DNA of 64,000 nucleotides from Sarea resinae. Its lineage: Eukaryota. Every line of letters begins with the position of its first letter. Positions within the stretch are counted from its first letter, which is position 1. A program made the position numbers and the translations under genes. The DNA is taken from positions 434,001 to 498,000 of the forward strand of contig JAPEUD010000010.1 in the NCBI GenBank assembly GCA_026026165.1, in the 5' to 3' direction. The notes beneath the pieces were generated by a model. That model saw only the letters and a list, made by a program, of their open reading frames with translations. It did not search any database and was not told where the DNA came from. Below are positions 1 through 12,697 of this stretch, in pieces.

Positions 1-1
1 A

Positions 2-1369
2 CGGTCCTTCCTCGTTTGCTTGAGTATAAGACATAGTGATAGTGAGCGTATTGATGTGTTTCCCTAGGGTGAAAACTGCAATGGACGAGCCGTGCACGAG
101 AATAGACGAGATGACGAGAAAAGTCGTAATCGGCCAAATCAGCTCAATGAGAGCGTAGTTCTTCGAGCCAGGCGGAGGGAGTACGGCCAACGGCTCAGTG
201 CTATCGTTCTCTAGCTCGGCCCGAGCCATGATCGCGACAAATATAGCGCCAACCCCAATAGGTCCAAAATGTCCAGCAAACAAAGCTTCTCGCCATGTCT
301 TGATATCTGGAATGATCGGCTTCAACGCCATCATTATGGGTATTCTGCGAAACAGAATAACAAAGATGGCTATGACCACGAGTCTCCACGGCGTGGTCCC
401 GCTCGCCGGGGCATTATACTGCTGCCAAGGAATGATCGAACCAAGGTAGACAAAGTATGCGAGATTGAGCAAGAGATCAATGACATTGGAAACGTGAGAC
501 TCTTCAGTCTTTTGGGTGAACCACCCATCGTTACTGAAGCCGACTCCGGCCGCGAAGCCGACGAGAAGGTCATCAATGCCAAGGATACTTCCCGATCCAG
601 CGCAGAATAGCGCGAGGACGAAATAGAACACCAGGAAACTCTCTCTGTCAATGAACTCTCGACGCTCAGCCCATTTTATGGCGTGTCGTCCAATATATCC
701 GACGAGAAAACCATAGATGGCGCCGAAGATACACTCATACAGGACCGTCAAGCATATCCAATGGTAGGCAACCGAGGAAGCGTCTGGCCGATAGCGAATG
801 AGATAGAGGGCCAAAAAGATGAATGGAAATGCCATGCCGTCGTTGCAGCCTGACTCGGCCGACAGAAGATCTCGTAGATGTTTCGGTACCCGCTTGGCGA
901 ACTTGCCTTTTCCCACCACGGATGAAGCCAAGACGGGATCGGTCGCCGTCACACACGCTGCACAGCAGAGGCTCTGCAGCCAATCCAGCGGAGGAATCAT
1001 CCACCAGATGAAAAGACTAGTCACAAGCCACCCATACGTCATGACTGGTATCAGTAGGAGCAACACGGATCTCCAGTGCCTCTCCATGTAAGCCTTGGGC
1101 AATTCGACTCCAACGGCAAAACATTGAACCACCAGAACGATCCTCGAACACTCCAACGTGATCTTGTCCGTGTTCCCCCATGACAGTGGATTGAACAGGT
1201 TCGCAGCGTGTGGACCAAAGATAATTCCGCAGATAGTGGCCACAGCTGCCTCGCCGATATAGAGGCGTTCTTTGACGAACGATGAACATAACATGAACAA
1301 TGTCGTAAATCCGCCAATGATGATGTACGCCAGATGCGGCTTATCGACATCAAGTTGCGACCAGGCCAT
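2..1369 (-). CDS. NHA1: Plasma-membrane Na+(K+)/H+ antiporter, N-terminal part; frame is open to the window edge
   Basis: Absent from the ORF track because no stop lies in the window. Manual translation from ATG 1369: MAWSQLDVDKPHLAYIIIGGF...TATDPVLASSVVGKGKFA...LLSAESGCNDGMAFPF...LGIDDLL...FAGHFGPIGVGA...VHGSS, the Nha1/Sod2 signature motifs. No intron needed in this part. Confidence 0.95.
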   Translation of the reverse strand, partial: MAWSQLDVDKPHLAYIIIGGFTTLFMLCSSFVKERLYIGEAAVATICGIIFGPHAANLFNPLSWGNTDKITLECSRIVLVVQCFAVGVELPKAYMERHWRSVLLLLIPVMTYGWLVTSLFIWWMIPPLDWLQSLCCAACVTATDPVLASSVVGKGKFAKRVPKHLRDLLSAESGCNDGMAFPFIFLALYLIRYRPDASSVAYHWICLTVLYECIFGAIYGFLVGYIGRHAIKWAERREFIDRESFLVFYFVLALFCAGSGSILGIDDLLVGFAAGVGFSNDGWFTQKTEESHVSNVIDLLLNLAYFVYLGSIIPWQQYNAPASGTTPWRLVVIAIFVILFRRIPIMMALKPIIPDIKTWREALFAGHFGPIGVGAIFVAIMARAELENDSTEPLAVLPPPGSKNYALIELIWPITTFLVISSILVHGSSIAVFTLGKHINTLTITMSYTQANEEGP

Positions 1370-2113
1370 GATGTCGGCCTTTATCGTTCACACCTTCGCG
1401 ATGTCAGGTCCCTTCTTCTGATTCCTCAGATCGGGGCTCTAGTCGATAGGCTCAAGGGCCACGAATGCGAATATTATCGCTGAATGTATTCGGAGGGCCG
1501 TGGCGACATGGGCCAAGGGCGTCTTGCAATTGGTCTTGTGCGGTAGCTTGACCCCCGGCTGGAGTGGCCCACGGTGTCGGTCTTCCCCACTCTTCACTCC
1601 CAAGCAATCGATACCTGAAGGCTTTTCGACAGAGCATACAGTCGCCGGTTGCGCCCAGTCGCCGCTCCAAATGTCTCTAGAAGGCTTGTCGGAAAATAGA
1701 AACGGAGGTTGATGGTGCGGCGGGGGAAGGGATGATATCCCGTTTCGCAGACAACAACAATCTTCCGAAGGTGTTGTAATGGCAGACGAAGAAGAAAGAG
1801 AAGAAGAAGAAGAGGAGCAAGAAGAGTCGAATCGACGACAATGGTGAGGGATTCACTGGATCCTGGAAGGACGTGACGACGTTAGCATTGCTATCCCAAC
1901 CGCGTCAGTCACTCCGACTTTCTTTTTTCCTTTGGGAAAGGTCTGGTCTGGTCTCTCTCTACATGGTAAGGTGCCCAGGTGTGTCTCTGCTGTCTCTGGG
2001 CCCCTTGTAGTCGTAGGTAGCACTAGTCCGTCGCTAGGTACCTAGTGGTAGCCTCCGCGGAGACCCACTAGCTGGGGTTACCCGCCACCGACGTCGAGTA
2101 CTTGGCTCTACTG

Positions 2114-2114
<1 letters not shown>

Positions 2115-2154
<40 letters not shown>
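2115..2154. repeat. (GACA)10 microsatellite
   Basis: Read directly. Confidence 0.95.
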
Positions 2155-2916
2155 GCCAGACGGCACATTTGTTTTCGGTCCCGGGCTGGCTGAACCAACA
2201 AGCCTCGCCTCCAGCTGACAACCTTGAAGCTCCCCACCTCACCCAATTCGATCTCTCGGGCGAGAAATGAAGCCGAGAACACGCATGCAGTTGCTTGACG
2301 ATGACCTACTCTAGGTGCCTGGCAGGCTTGTAAGAAACATCACATCACAATACATCTCCACTTCTCCACTTCTCCATCGCTCCAGCTCTCGAGCTTTCGG
2401 AGAGAGCCGGAGGGGCAAGAAGAGCCATGGCACCATGCAAGAGCCACGAGCCAAGAGCCAAGCTCGGCAGAGAGAGAAAAGCTACTTCGTATTACATACA
2501 GACGGTCGGCTTGGCGGTGGTCACTGGTCCCTCCAGAGCGAATCAGCCCAGCCACGACCACCGCGCTCTTGGTCTGGGGCCGGACCGCCGGGGAACTGGA
2601 GGGAATTCGACCAGCATGATGATTGCCCCTCTTCCTCTTCCCCTTCCCTTTGCCCTTCCTCACTCGCTGTCCTCCCCTGTCGTAGCCCCTGCCATCTCGA
2701 TAACGACGCCATGTCGTGATAGACGATCTCTGTGACAGCTCGCATGTGCATCGTTGATGTTGATTCAAAAGAGATGCAAGCGAGCATGCACGCACTACCG
2801 ATGTGATGGCATCTTTGCTAGGCTACCCTGACTTCACCGACCAATTCCTTCTCATCCTTTATGGAACCCATCTACAGAGATTGCTCAAAGCTCTCTGCAA
2901 TCGACATGACATGCAC

Positions 2917-5178
2917 TCATCTATCTACGAGCTTGCTCAAATCGACCGTGGGGAATTCAGCCATGTGCAGTTTGGCCGCTCCAAATGGTATCAACGTCGC
3001 CTGAAAAGGCTTGCCCGTGCAAGTTCTCGACTCCGGTGGAGGTGGATCCGCAGGCACGCCTTTCTCATATGGCCAATCGATCTCGCACGCTTGGATGGTG
3101 ATATTCGTGGGAGGAGCACCGGACGTGAAGATCGGGTTGGGCAGTGCTTGAATGTGCTGGGAATCATTTGCCTGCCCCGAGAGCTGGAGCTGGAGCGTCG
3201 AAGTATCGATGGCTAACGCCCATGGTGAGGTATAATTGATGGCGTAATCGTGCGCTTGTGGAGGAGCGTATCCTGATGGATAGACACTCTGGTCTGACCA
3301 ACTATGTGGTGGCATGGCCGTCACGGCTTCTCCAATTTCCAAAGCGTATAAGAGAGCTCCGTAACGGACCGCCACCGTATCATTTGCACGCGGCTCGATA
3401 GAGATATTGGCACCCAGACTGTAGAGAATTTGGGATGAACCTGCAGGTAGGCTGATTGCATGCATACCTGTCGACGGATCTGGGGAAAGACTGCTGCAGG
3501 TGGTCAGGTTGATGGACGTTTGAGTAATGCTGGAACCGGATAGAGTAGCCCATTGTGGAACGCGAACAAAGAACTCCAAGGGTGCAGAGGTACTGATCGT
3601 GTAGATGAGCGTATGTTCGAAAGGATAATTGGTGTCGCAGCTGACAGTCACTTCATTGCCGCTGCTCAGGGTGATGGAGACATTGGCAGGGCTGAGCAGG
3701 GCATGACCCAGTCCATTGTTCCCAACCTGCACAAATGTTGCTGCCAAGAATTTGGGATACCCTTGAGGATGGTTCACGGTACAGCAAGGGTAGTTTGGTT
3801 CTAGACCGTAGGACTGTCCAAAGTGGTTTACGTTCCAAAAAGGCGTGTCTGACAACTCGTACGAGTAGGGTTGGTTTGGCTCGACCACGTACTGGTGGGA
3901 CCACCAGTCGGGGGCAAGCATAACAGGCAATGCATTGAAAGCAGCGAGCTCCGTTCGGTCGGCGAAGTCGTTGTCGCCCATCGCTTGGTAGAGGTAGCTC
4001 AGGGAATACATGACCTCAACAGCAGTGCAGAGCTCGGAGCTGCGTATTGTCTTAGCCGTCGTAATATGTTGTCAAGGGACGGGCTCTTACCCCCTCATTG
4101 GACTTAAGCCAGCTATACGTTCGTCTCCTAAGATGGCTCCAGACGAAGCACCGTGATATTGAAAGGTCCAGTTGACACCATTTCGAGTACTTTGCAATAA
4201 AGTGTCATTGTGGGTGAATCTTCGAATGACCGCTCCAGCCTTTAGACCTGCCAGGAAATCAGTAGTGGCTTTGCGAGGACAAGAGCAAAACATTACCTTG
4301 GCCAGCATTGACCCCATGCTCAAAAGGAAACTCGTCTGTTGTTATAGTTGTATTGACGGTGTCAAGGTCCTGCTTGATATAAACATCGGGGCTGAACCAC
4401 CAAGCCCAGTCATACGCCTTATCATTGAGGTATTTCATGTTTTCCAAAAGTAGCTGAGAATTGTTCATTGGATAGTTCTCGTACATCCACTGAAGGCTGA
4501 TGATCATGTCATGCGCTCTAGCCTGCCCCCATTGCGCATCGAAGACGTCGCCTGGTTGGTTGACGTAGCCAGTATAGTTGTTGGCCAGCATGGAATGCAT
4601 GAGCTCTACAAACCGATGCATTGCCGGCACGAGGGTTTTCACTTGAGTTGGATCTGCCTCAACAAGGAGCGTTAAACCAAGGAAGACCGGGTAGCGACCC
4701 CAAAAATTGCGCGTTTCCGGAGTCGTCTCGGGCCCTATCCAACCATCGCTGGCCTGATGATCCAGCAGATAATCCACGGCAGATTGCACCTGCCCGATAA
4801 GACGCGGATCATCCATGCCATAGGCAAGTGGCACCAGGCCATTGAACCAATATGGAAAGCCTTCATTCAGAGGACTGTACTCTTGATCTCCGCCAAGCCA
4901 AGAGCTATTGGCGACGTAGAGGTAGAAGTCGTGTTCATGGCCAGCGAGACCATCGGCCATGAGTTCCATCTGGTCTTGCAACCATCCTTGTGGTTTGATG
5001 GTCCCCAGCGGGAGAGGCTGAAATACAAGAGGAGTCACTGCAGAATCTAATAAATCGTGTTGCCTGGTACATGATATCGACCAGAATAAGGAATGGATTG
5101 ACTCTTACAGGTGTTGTTTGCCTGTCCTGAAGCAATCGTACAGGCCGCGGCCGTTGCTAAGCCAGACGTAAGCTTCAT
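2917..5178 (-). CDS. Secreted GH127/DUF1680-like glycoside hydrolase (beta-L-arabinofuranosidase-like); exons 5178-5109, 5037-4297, 4247-4091, 4039-2917
   Basis: Signal-peptide-like MKLTSGLATAAACTIASG; PLPLGTIKPQGWL, EGFPYWFNGL, HGVN, GSELCTAVE, ELAAFNALP, YPCCTVN, TNYPF, VRVPQWA, LIPFG motifs. Three GT-AG introns restore the frame. Confidence 0.85.
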
Positions 5179-6267
5179 CCTGGCTTGGGTCGATCTGTCG
5201 ATAGAAGCATACGGATCTGGTTCGTTATATAATTGATGGGCTGCTGTGCCCGTGGCGCATAGCGACAGCATCCATGTCGCGGTCCTTAGAGCTAGGGATG
5301 CCATGATGGCTTGAGCAAGGGCAAGTCGTGGAGATACCTAGCCAGGCCTGTCAAGGTCTCCCATCCAGGCCTCCCGTCAAGGCAACTTCCCGGGCTCGAA
5401 GATATCATGCGATGAGCTGCTGGGGAGCAAGGTATTATGACACGGCAGTTTCCCGTCGGAGATATCCAATGGCTGTGGGCGGTGAGGGTCGCTGGCGAAT
5501 TCGAGTTCCGAGTTGTCTTGTTGTCTTTCTTTTCAACCCATGACGATGAATGCAACGGTTGAATTGCAGGTGTCCACCCGCTGATACTCCCAGTCCAATC
5601 AGCTATCTCATGGGCCTACCGATGGGACGGGGAGGGCAAGGGGGCGAGAGGGGCAGTACGGAGTAGCGCATGCGAGGGCCGGGCGCGGGCCGCTGATCGA
5701 TCAAGGCCACGTAAGGTACCCGGATTAGAGTCGTCGTACATTGTGGGGTAGAGACTCTGGAAAAGGTAGCCCCGACGCCAGTGATGGCGCATGGAGTACT
5801 CCGTAGAGAAGTACTTGCTCCCCATGACCACACGAGAGGTCCTTGAGATACTTCCAGCTTCCTCTGCAATGACTCTGCAGTGGATCATGGATGGCCCATG
5901 GATGCCTGCCAGAAATGTGTATGAAGTACGTCTCATGATGAAGGGCTCGTACACATTGCAGCCCATCAGACCCCAAGTGCTTGCTCGTGACCTCGTCGTA
6001 TTGCCGTTGCTGTCTACTCCGGAGTACTTTGCTGATCCGATATTACCCATCCTTCTATCCTGACCCCTCCTACAGACGCCGAAATCCTTGCCATCCAGGC
6101 CTCTATGTCATGATATGATACATATGGTACCCAACCCAGATCTATGCATACACCTACATCCCTGGGGTATCGTTGAACAAATATGTGGAAAAAGCCAGTC
6201 GTCCGCCAACCCAAGTCATACGCAAGCCCGTGATGTGCCGTAGTTCGCCTTCCCCGCCGCGGGAACG

Positions 6268-8046
6268 TCAGATCTCCAATGTATCCTGACCCCAGATTTG
6301 AATATGATTCACCGCATCGCGGGAGACGCGCTTTAACTCTCTTCGGCACACTGGTGCACCTTCTTCCGTGGCATCGTCCATTGTGATCTTGCTCCCGCAT
6401 TGAAACACATCGTCACCCACACCAACCCATTGGAAGTGCTTGAACGCTACCTTTGCTAGCTCTTGGGAGAGCTGTTCTTCAATGAAATCGTCGACAGACT
6501 GGCCCACATGCGGAACGAGGGCTGCAGCGTCGGGCGAGTTCAGGATCCGGAGGGCATATACCTTGGGCGTGGAGGGCCATAAGAGAGACCACAAGTCCCC
6601 ATAACTCATGTTGATTGCCGCCCCTAGTTGCTCCAGATTTGGGCAATGCTCCGCAAGGCCAGCCGCGTCATCTAGACTGAGAACCCAGCGTTCTGATAGT
6701 AATAGAATCTTCAACGTAGCACCATGGCTGCCACTGATTGCATCGAAATATCTCATGCCCAAGCTTTTACTGGCGGTCAAGTCCACGGGCGATGGTATTC
6801 GTCGGCTGGGGGAAACAGGCGGCATGGAGCTTGATGGAGTACCGTTGACGGATGTTACTCCGGAAGACGCAGGCGTCCTCTTGGCGTTCACGACATAGAT
6901 CTCCTCCAGTCCTTTCGTATTACTCACGAATTCCACGTGAGCAGGCGACGGCTTGTCGAAACGGATCGCTTTCAACTGAATATTGTCGGGTGGTTTCATG
7001 TTCCATGTATGGTCGAGGAAAGCGGTAACGGTATCGGAGGTTGGCCCCGGACTGTTGAGAAAGGTGAAAGAGCGAAGTGTCTCGTGGTCGAACATGGTTC
7101 GGAAATCTACATTATTTTGCGCGTAGAGATTCTGGAGAGATACAGACACGACCTTGAGATTGTAATTTGCGGCAAGACATTTTCCAAAATAAGAATGCAA
7201 GTTTACGCTGGGTTCGGCTTCATCGCGCATTCGAGGATTCCAGGAAAGCCGCAGATCTCGGAGCTTTTTCGCGCTGAGAAGAAGCAGCGAGATGTCGTCA
7301 GGGTAGCACAGAGGGTCGATGTTAGTCACCTTGAGGAAGGTTAGAAGAGGCATTGGTGGGATCGTGGTCGTTGGGCGGGGTAGGCGTAAGGAAGGGAATT
7401 TGATGGTCAGAGAAGTCAGTGCGGGACGAGATGCCAATCCGTCATACACCGTCTTCAGCGTTTTTGTGTTAAGCTCCCAACTACTAAGATGTTAAGACGA
7501 GAACGGACACCGAGAGAAGATCAATGCAAGGAGGTCTGGGAGGTACCTGAAAGATTCGAGGTGCTCCATCCGGTCCAAGGCTGCCCTCATCGCGATGTTG
7601 AGCATCATCGAATTGTCTGGCACCCTTCCCACCCTCGCGTGCTCCTCTAGATCGTGTTCCTTCCATTCTCCGCACACTCTGAAGGACCGCACAAGCCCGC
7701 AAACGGTGCGCGTCACCAGCCCATGAAGGCCCATCGAAAAAGGGCTTGCGCTACCACATCCTTCCGGCTGGCCGCCGACGTAACGGATGCTCCGATATGA
7801 TCGCAACGTGACATCGTGATAGAGCTGAGGTAGGGTCATGTAATGGAGCACGCGGCTGGTCCGACAAATCCGGGCGAGGTCGGCAACGTCATCGATCTAC
7901 AGGCGCTTGTCAGAGAATAAACGATGATGCGAATGGCGCATGAAGCTCACATATGATATGATGAGCGCTATTATATTCAAGGGCAAGACAACCACCTGGC
8001 TGCCAGCTCCTTTCGAACCGTCATCGACTGTCGGAGTCATGAACAT
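6268..8046 (-). CDS. F-box-like / RNI-like conserved fungal protein; exons 8046-7951, 7896-7547, 7480-6268
   Basis: LPLNIIALIISY|IDDVADLARICRTSRVLHYMTLPQLY is F-box-like; leucine-rich repeat-like C-terminus (CPNLEQLG). Two GT-AG introns join the ORF-track pieces in frame. Start could be 8040. Confidence 0.75.
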
Positions 8047-8659
8047 GTTGCCGTTAAAGGTGGTATGCATTGCGAGCTGCCTCTTGATGGAGGAGGCATC
8101 AGACCGGTCAAAAGCTCGAATCGCCTAATCCGCCATTATGCAGCTGAAGTTTGCTCCAGCTAACAGCCATCGATGATGAGGCCGATGTGAGATTATAGTG
8201 AAGTTGAAGCTCCGAGCTCTCATTTCTCGCTAGAGAACAGGTGGACTTCTCGGCGCGGCCGCCCGCAATACCGTAATCCGTATTCCGTACCCCGAATGGC
8301 ATAGTCTCCATCCATGCATCCCTTTGCTGTCCCTATCGAGATGATTTTCGATGCTAACTCAAGCTATGGACACTGCTACGATAATCAAGAGTGATACATC
8401 CTGAGTAATATGTTTGTCATTTAGTACTAAGTACCTCAGAAGCTTCCTGAGGGAGGTAGGTCGAACAAGAGCCCATTTGTCCTCGGTGTCCCTATATATT
8501 CGCGCCCCATCCGGTTAAGAAGTGATAATGTCCCCGAACGCCTTGCTGTCCCGCATTGGGTATAGGTGTAGCCGCTCGAACCAATGAGCATGAAGAAACG
8601 AAATGAAATGGCAATGATATGTAGGCATGGTGTTAATAGCAAATCATCAAAAATACCAA

Positions 8660-11388
8660 TCACCCGATATCCAAGCTTCTTCGTATTGCAGGCGAATTTG
8701 ATTCTGATTCCGATTCTGATTCCGAACTTGTGGCTGAATCACCAAAGCGTGCATGCTCATTGCCTTGCTGCGATTGATCATTAGAATGACTCGGCGATCG
8801 CATCTGGAGGGCCGGAGCTTCCGTAATAGATGCTAGGGGGTCCTCTCTTGCTTTGGGTACCGAAATCCGATTCTGGCTGGCTTGGGCTGGCGTGAGCCTG
8901 GGCGCTTGCGGGCTGGTATCAGACGCATGGGAAGATGGATCATTTGCTAGAACTGTTGAGATAGGAGTTGCGGTTGAATGGTGGTCCGTAGTCGCATGTG
9001 TGCCTTCCTCCGTACTGCTTCGCCCTTGACTATGCAAACAAGCGTCTATCGGCTCGGTCTGCAAGGATCGCTGCAGAAGATTGCTCTGAGACGTAGTTGC
9101 ATGGGGAAGATGGCCGCCTGCCATGTAAAAGTCAATGCTATCTGGCCCATCCAACCTATTCCCAGCCTGTCTCGGATGCATCGACTCTTGCAAAAAATCG
9201 TGGGTGGATCCAGCTGCGGAAGATGGCCCATCCCTCTCCTTCCCTTTCCCTTTTCCATTCGAGGTAAAAGAGCCTCCGGTAGAGCTCCGCTGAGGATCTT
9301 GCAAGTCTAATTCTCGCCTCCCAGCAGTTGGCATACTATCTTGGGACCAGGCTCGCACCCTGGGTTGGGCAGGTATAACAGTCACGGGGAGAGTCTTCTC
9401 GGTTCCTCTTTCGATGATCTTTCTGCGCAGGTTCAGGCCTGGACGAGACGCGAGAGCCTCGATTCGGGAGATGATTCTCTGTGGGGCAACAGCGCGACTT
9501 TCAGGAAAAGGATTACCTGGCTCGTCAGATGTCTCACTGAGAATCTGAGCCGTAGAAACCTCAAGTGGAGGCGAAGCGCGCCTTCTCTTAAACGGATTTG
9601 TTGCTGCCCTCCAACTAGCTATGGCTCTGCCCGGGACTGTCTTACTTGGGCCGGCTGGTTGAAAAGAAATCCTCGGGTTGACATTTTGCGTGCTGTTGCT
9701 CAAATTATTGTCATGGCTCTCTCGATGGCCATCTATCGAAGATGTAGTAGCAGTAAAAGATGCATCCTCAGGAATAGGAGGAGTGGATTCCGAGACAGGA
9801 TGATAGCGAATTGCGTAGACTGTACTTCCGGTACTGATGGAATCAGCCCTACTACCTGGAGTAGAAGTTGCGAGAGACGGAGTGGGAGCAGGAGAATTTG
9901 AAGCGGTTGAAACACGTGGCAGAGATAAACCATGCTGGCCGTGGCTCAACCTTTGGCTTCTTGGCTCCCCTGTCCAGATCTGAGAATTGAGACAGTGTCG
10001 CTGGACAGAAGGATTTGGCAACCCCTCAACATCAGGTGGATACGATATCCGCCCCGTGCTTCTTCTCACTTCTCGGGTACGAGACCGAGGTCCCAGGCCA
10101 CCGTCTCCTTTGGGCCAGTCTCGACTACTCGCATCGTCATTCCCTAACCATGTAATCTCTTTCGATGGGGTCACATCAAGCATCTCGTCGCCGTCAAAAA
10201 CTTCTCGTCCCAGAATGCCATCTTTCCTCTCGTCTCCTTCTAGAGCTTCGATTCGATCAATCCATTCCCAAACGACGACGCTCGCCGCCGCCGCTCCAAC
10301 CCACCGAACGTAGGTTCCCCAGGAAGCAAGATTCGGCTTTGATACGTCTAAAACAAAGAAAACGACGGGGACCAGGATGGCTGTCAGAGACAGCAAAGCC
10401 ACAAGACCAACATTTTTCATCTTTGGATGATAGAATGCATAGCGTCTCTTGGAAAAAGAGAAGAATATCACTAAAGCGGCGTAGAGAAGACTCAGAGCGA
10501 GCTGAAAAAGATAGCTGAGAGCTGGTATAGCGTCAGCGAAATCTCGTGGTCGGCTCCGGTATGTATCGAAGACAAAACTGTTCAGGATTCCGAAAATGGT
10601 TCCCAGAAATATTAGAGCAAGGCCGGTCCATTTGATCACGAGCTTCTCTTGGTGTCGAGGGAAAAGTCGAATCAAAGTCTGAACCTGGGCCAGCCACACA
10701 AACATGTCGGAGATTACCCTGACAACGCGAACCTCGAGACCTGCTGCAACTTCATCACGTAGCGCATTCGCATTCATGTATCCATTGTCGTATTGGCCCT
10801 CCGCGACGGAGAAGGTATCCGCGGAGGCAATCGTCAACGAAATGGCCACGGTCAGGGCAGCTACCTTCTGCAGCCAAGGCCGCCTTCCCACGCCAACCAT
10901 GGGAGAGCCTCCCGAAGCTCCACTTATCATCCCACGCCCTCCCAAAAACCCACCTCCACCGGCGGGAGAGCCGAAAAGATATGTTCTGGGCGTGAGGCAG
11001 AGCACGATGATCAACATCCACGCAATAATCGTCGAGGCGGAAATGGCGTAGATTTGAGGTATAGTTGAAGCATAGAAGGGGTCGAAGAGGTCGGTAACAC
11101 TATCGGAACCTGCTCCGCCGGACTGTTCATAGCTACCACCTGTGCACTCAGGCTGAAAGACAACATTTGTCGTCAAGGTAACCACAGACGATGCGCCGAG
11201 GGTAAGGACCCCGTGTGACGGAAGGGTGAATGGCGTACAGCCCTGCATCAGATATTAGCATAATGAATAGAAGCAAGGCCTTTAAACCACGAGATGCCAC
11301 TTGAACGTACATGTTTTGCTGACGAGGTTGTTGTCGGGGTTGGAAATCCCCATAGCTGCCTCTTCTGTAAGCCTAGACGCGGCGACAT
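8660..11388 (-). CDS. palH: Ambient-pH sensor PalH/Rim21 (7-TM plus long disordered tail); exons 11388-11311, 11242-8660
   Basis: CTPFTLPS, DPFYAST, RPWLQK, WLAQVQTLIRLFPR, YVRWVGAAAASVVVWEW, GILGREVFDGDEM motifs typical of PalH; intron GTACGT...CTAAT...CAG. Confidence 0.93.
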
Positions 11389-12697
11389 CACTCCTCCGCA
11401 GATCGCACGATCAAGGCTAGCCAAGCCTTTTGATGGAGCGTGGGATCTTAGAGGTAGATCGAGAGGATTCAGACCACCGATACCGGTGACTCAGTGCTGG
11501 CCGGATGGCCGTGGATGCATCTCTGAGAGAACGCGCGGACTCGGATATAGTTCGAGGACGGATGGCATTGGCGCGGCCAACGGAACTCATACAACGGTCC
11601 TCGACATGTTGTGTATCGCATGTAAGATGACAAATGATGGTTCTGATATGTTTTCTTGCTCTCAGCCGCTGATGTTTGGCTATCTGCGTTGAGATTCGCA
11701 GATAAGGTGGACATCTTCATTTGAGTCTCTATCCGTCATCACCCTTGTAGCGAGAAGCGTCGTCTAGCGGATGCCAAACCAATACCGCACGAATCATGAA
11801 AAATCCGATTATGCTACTCATAACAATCTGGAAGCTCTCGAGGGGAATGATATCGCATGTAGGAGATAATCAGATGACTCAATTTCGATTTTCGTGAATC
11901 AATGAAATGCATTCTCGCTTTTCTACGGATTAAGTCCTAAAGCGCTGGAGTTGCCACTACATCGGAAATTCGAGCACAGGAATCAAAAACCATCCTCTGC
12001 GTGCAGATAGCAATTTGTAGATTCAAGCTACAGGGTAGATGTCTCTTGATCGAAAACACCTTCTAGCTAGGGGAAGCCAGTCATAGAGGACAAATCATTT
12101 TTTTGAAAAAAAGGCTTCGACAGGACAGATGAAAATTTTCACGGTAGAATACAAATGCCGAATCAACCCCATCCCAAACCCCACACACCAAGCTTCTGAC
12201 TCGAAATCTGGAGCGAAGAACGAGATTTCCGGCGAACACAGTGAACACCTGAAAAGATGAGAAAAGAAACACCAAATTGCTTTCTCCGGAGAGTGATGAT
12301 ATTGGAACAAAAAGGGATTTGAAAGAGGGGAGGGAGGCTGGGATATGAGACATTGACGATCAGTGCACGACTGGCGATCGCACGAAGCGCGTGCTGATGG
12401 CCAACATGTCTAACCTGCTCTTTGCTCATGCTCATGCTTGATTTTTGCTGGAGGTCAACCTCCTCCCTCTGTAGCTGATCTGAAACAGTGTGCCGTGCCG
12501 TGCCGTGCCGTTACATATGGAGCTATGTGCTGCATTATGCTAGCTAGATCAAAGCAACATCCTTGCATTCGTTCTTCATCAAAGGCATATCTCGTTCCGC
12601 GTTGGAAAACCGTGAGCCGTTACCAACTTCTATAGGGAATCGCCCGCACGTTCGGAACAGCATGGACCGTTTGTTGTCCGATGGGATACTACGGCCC

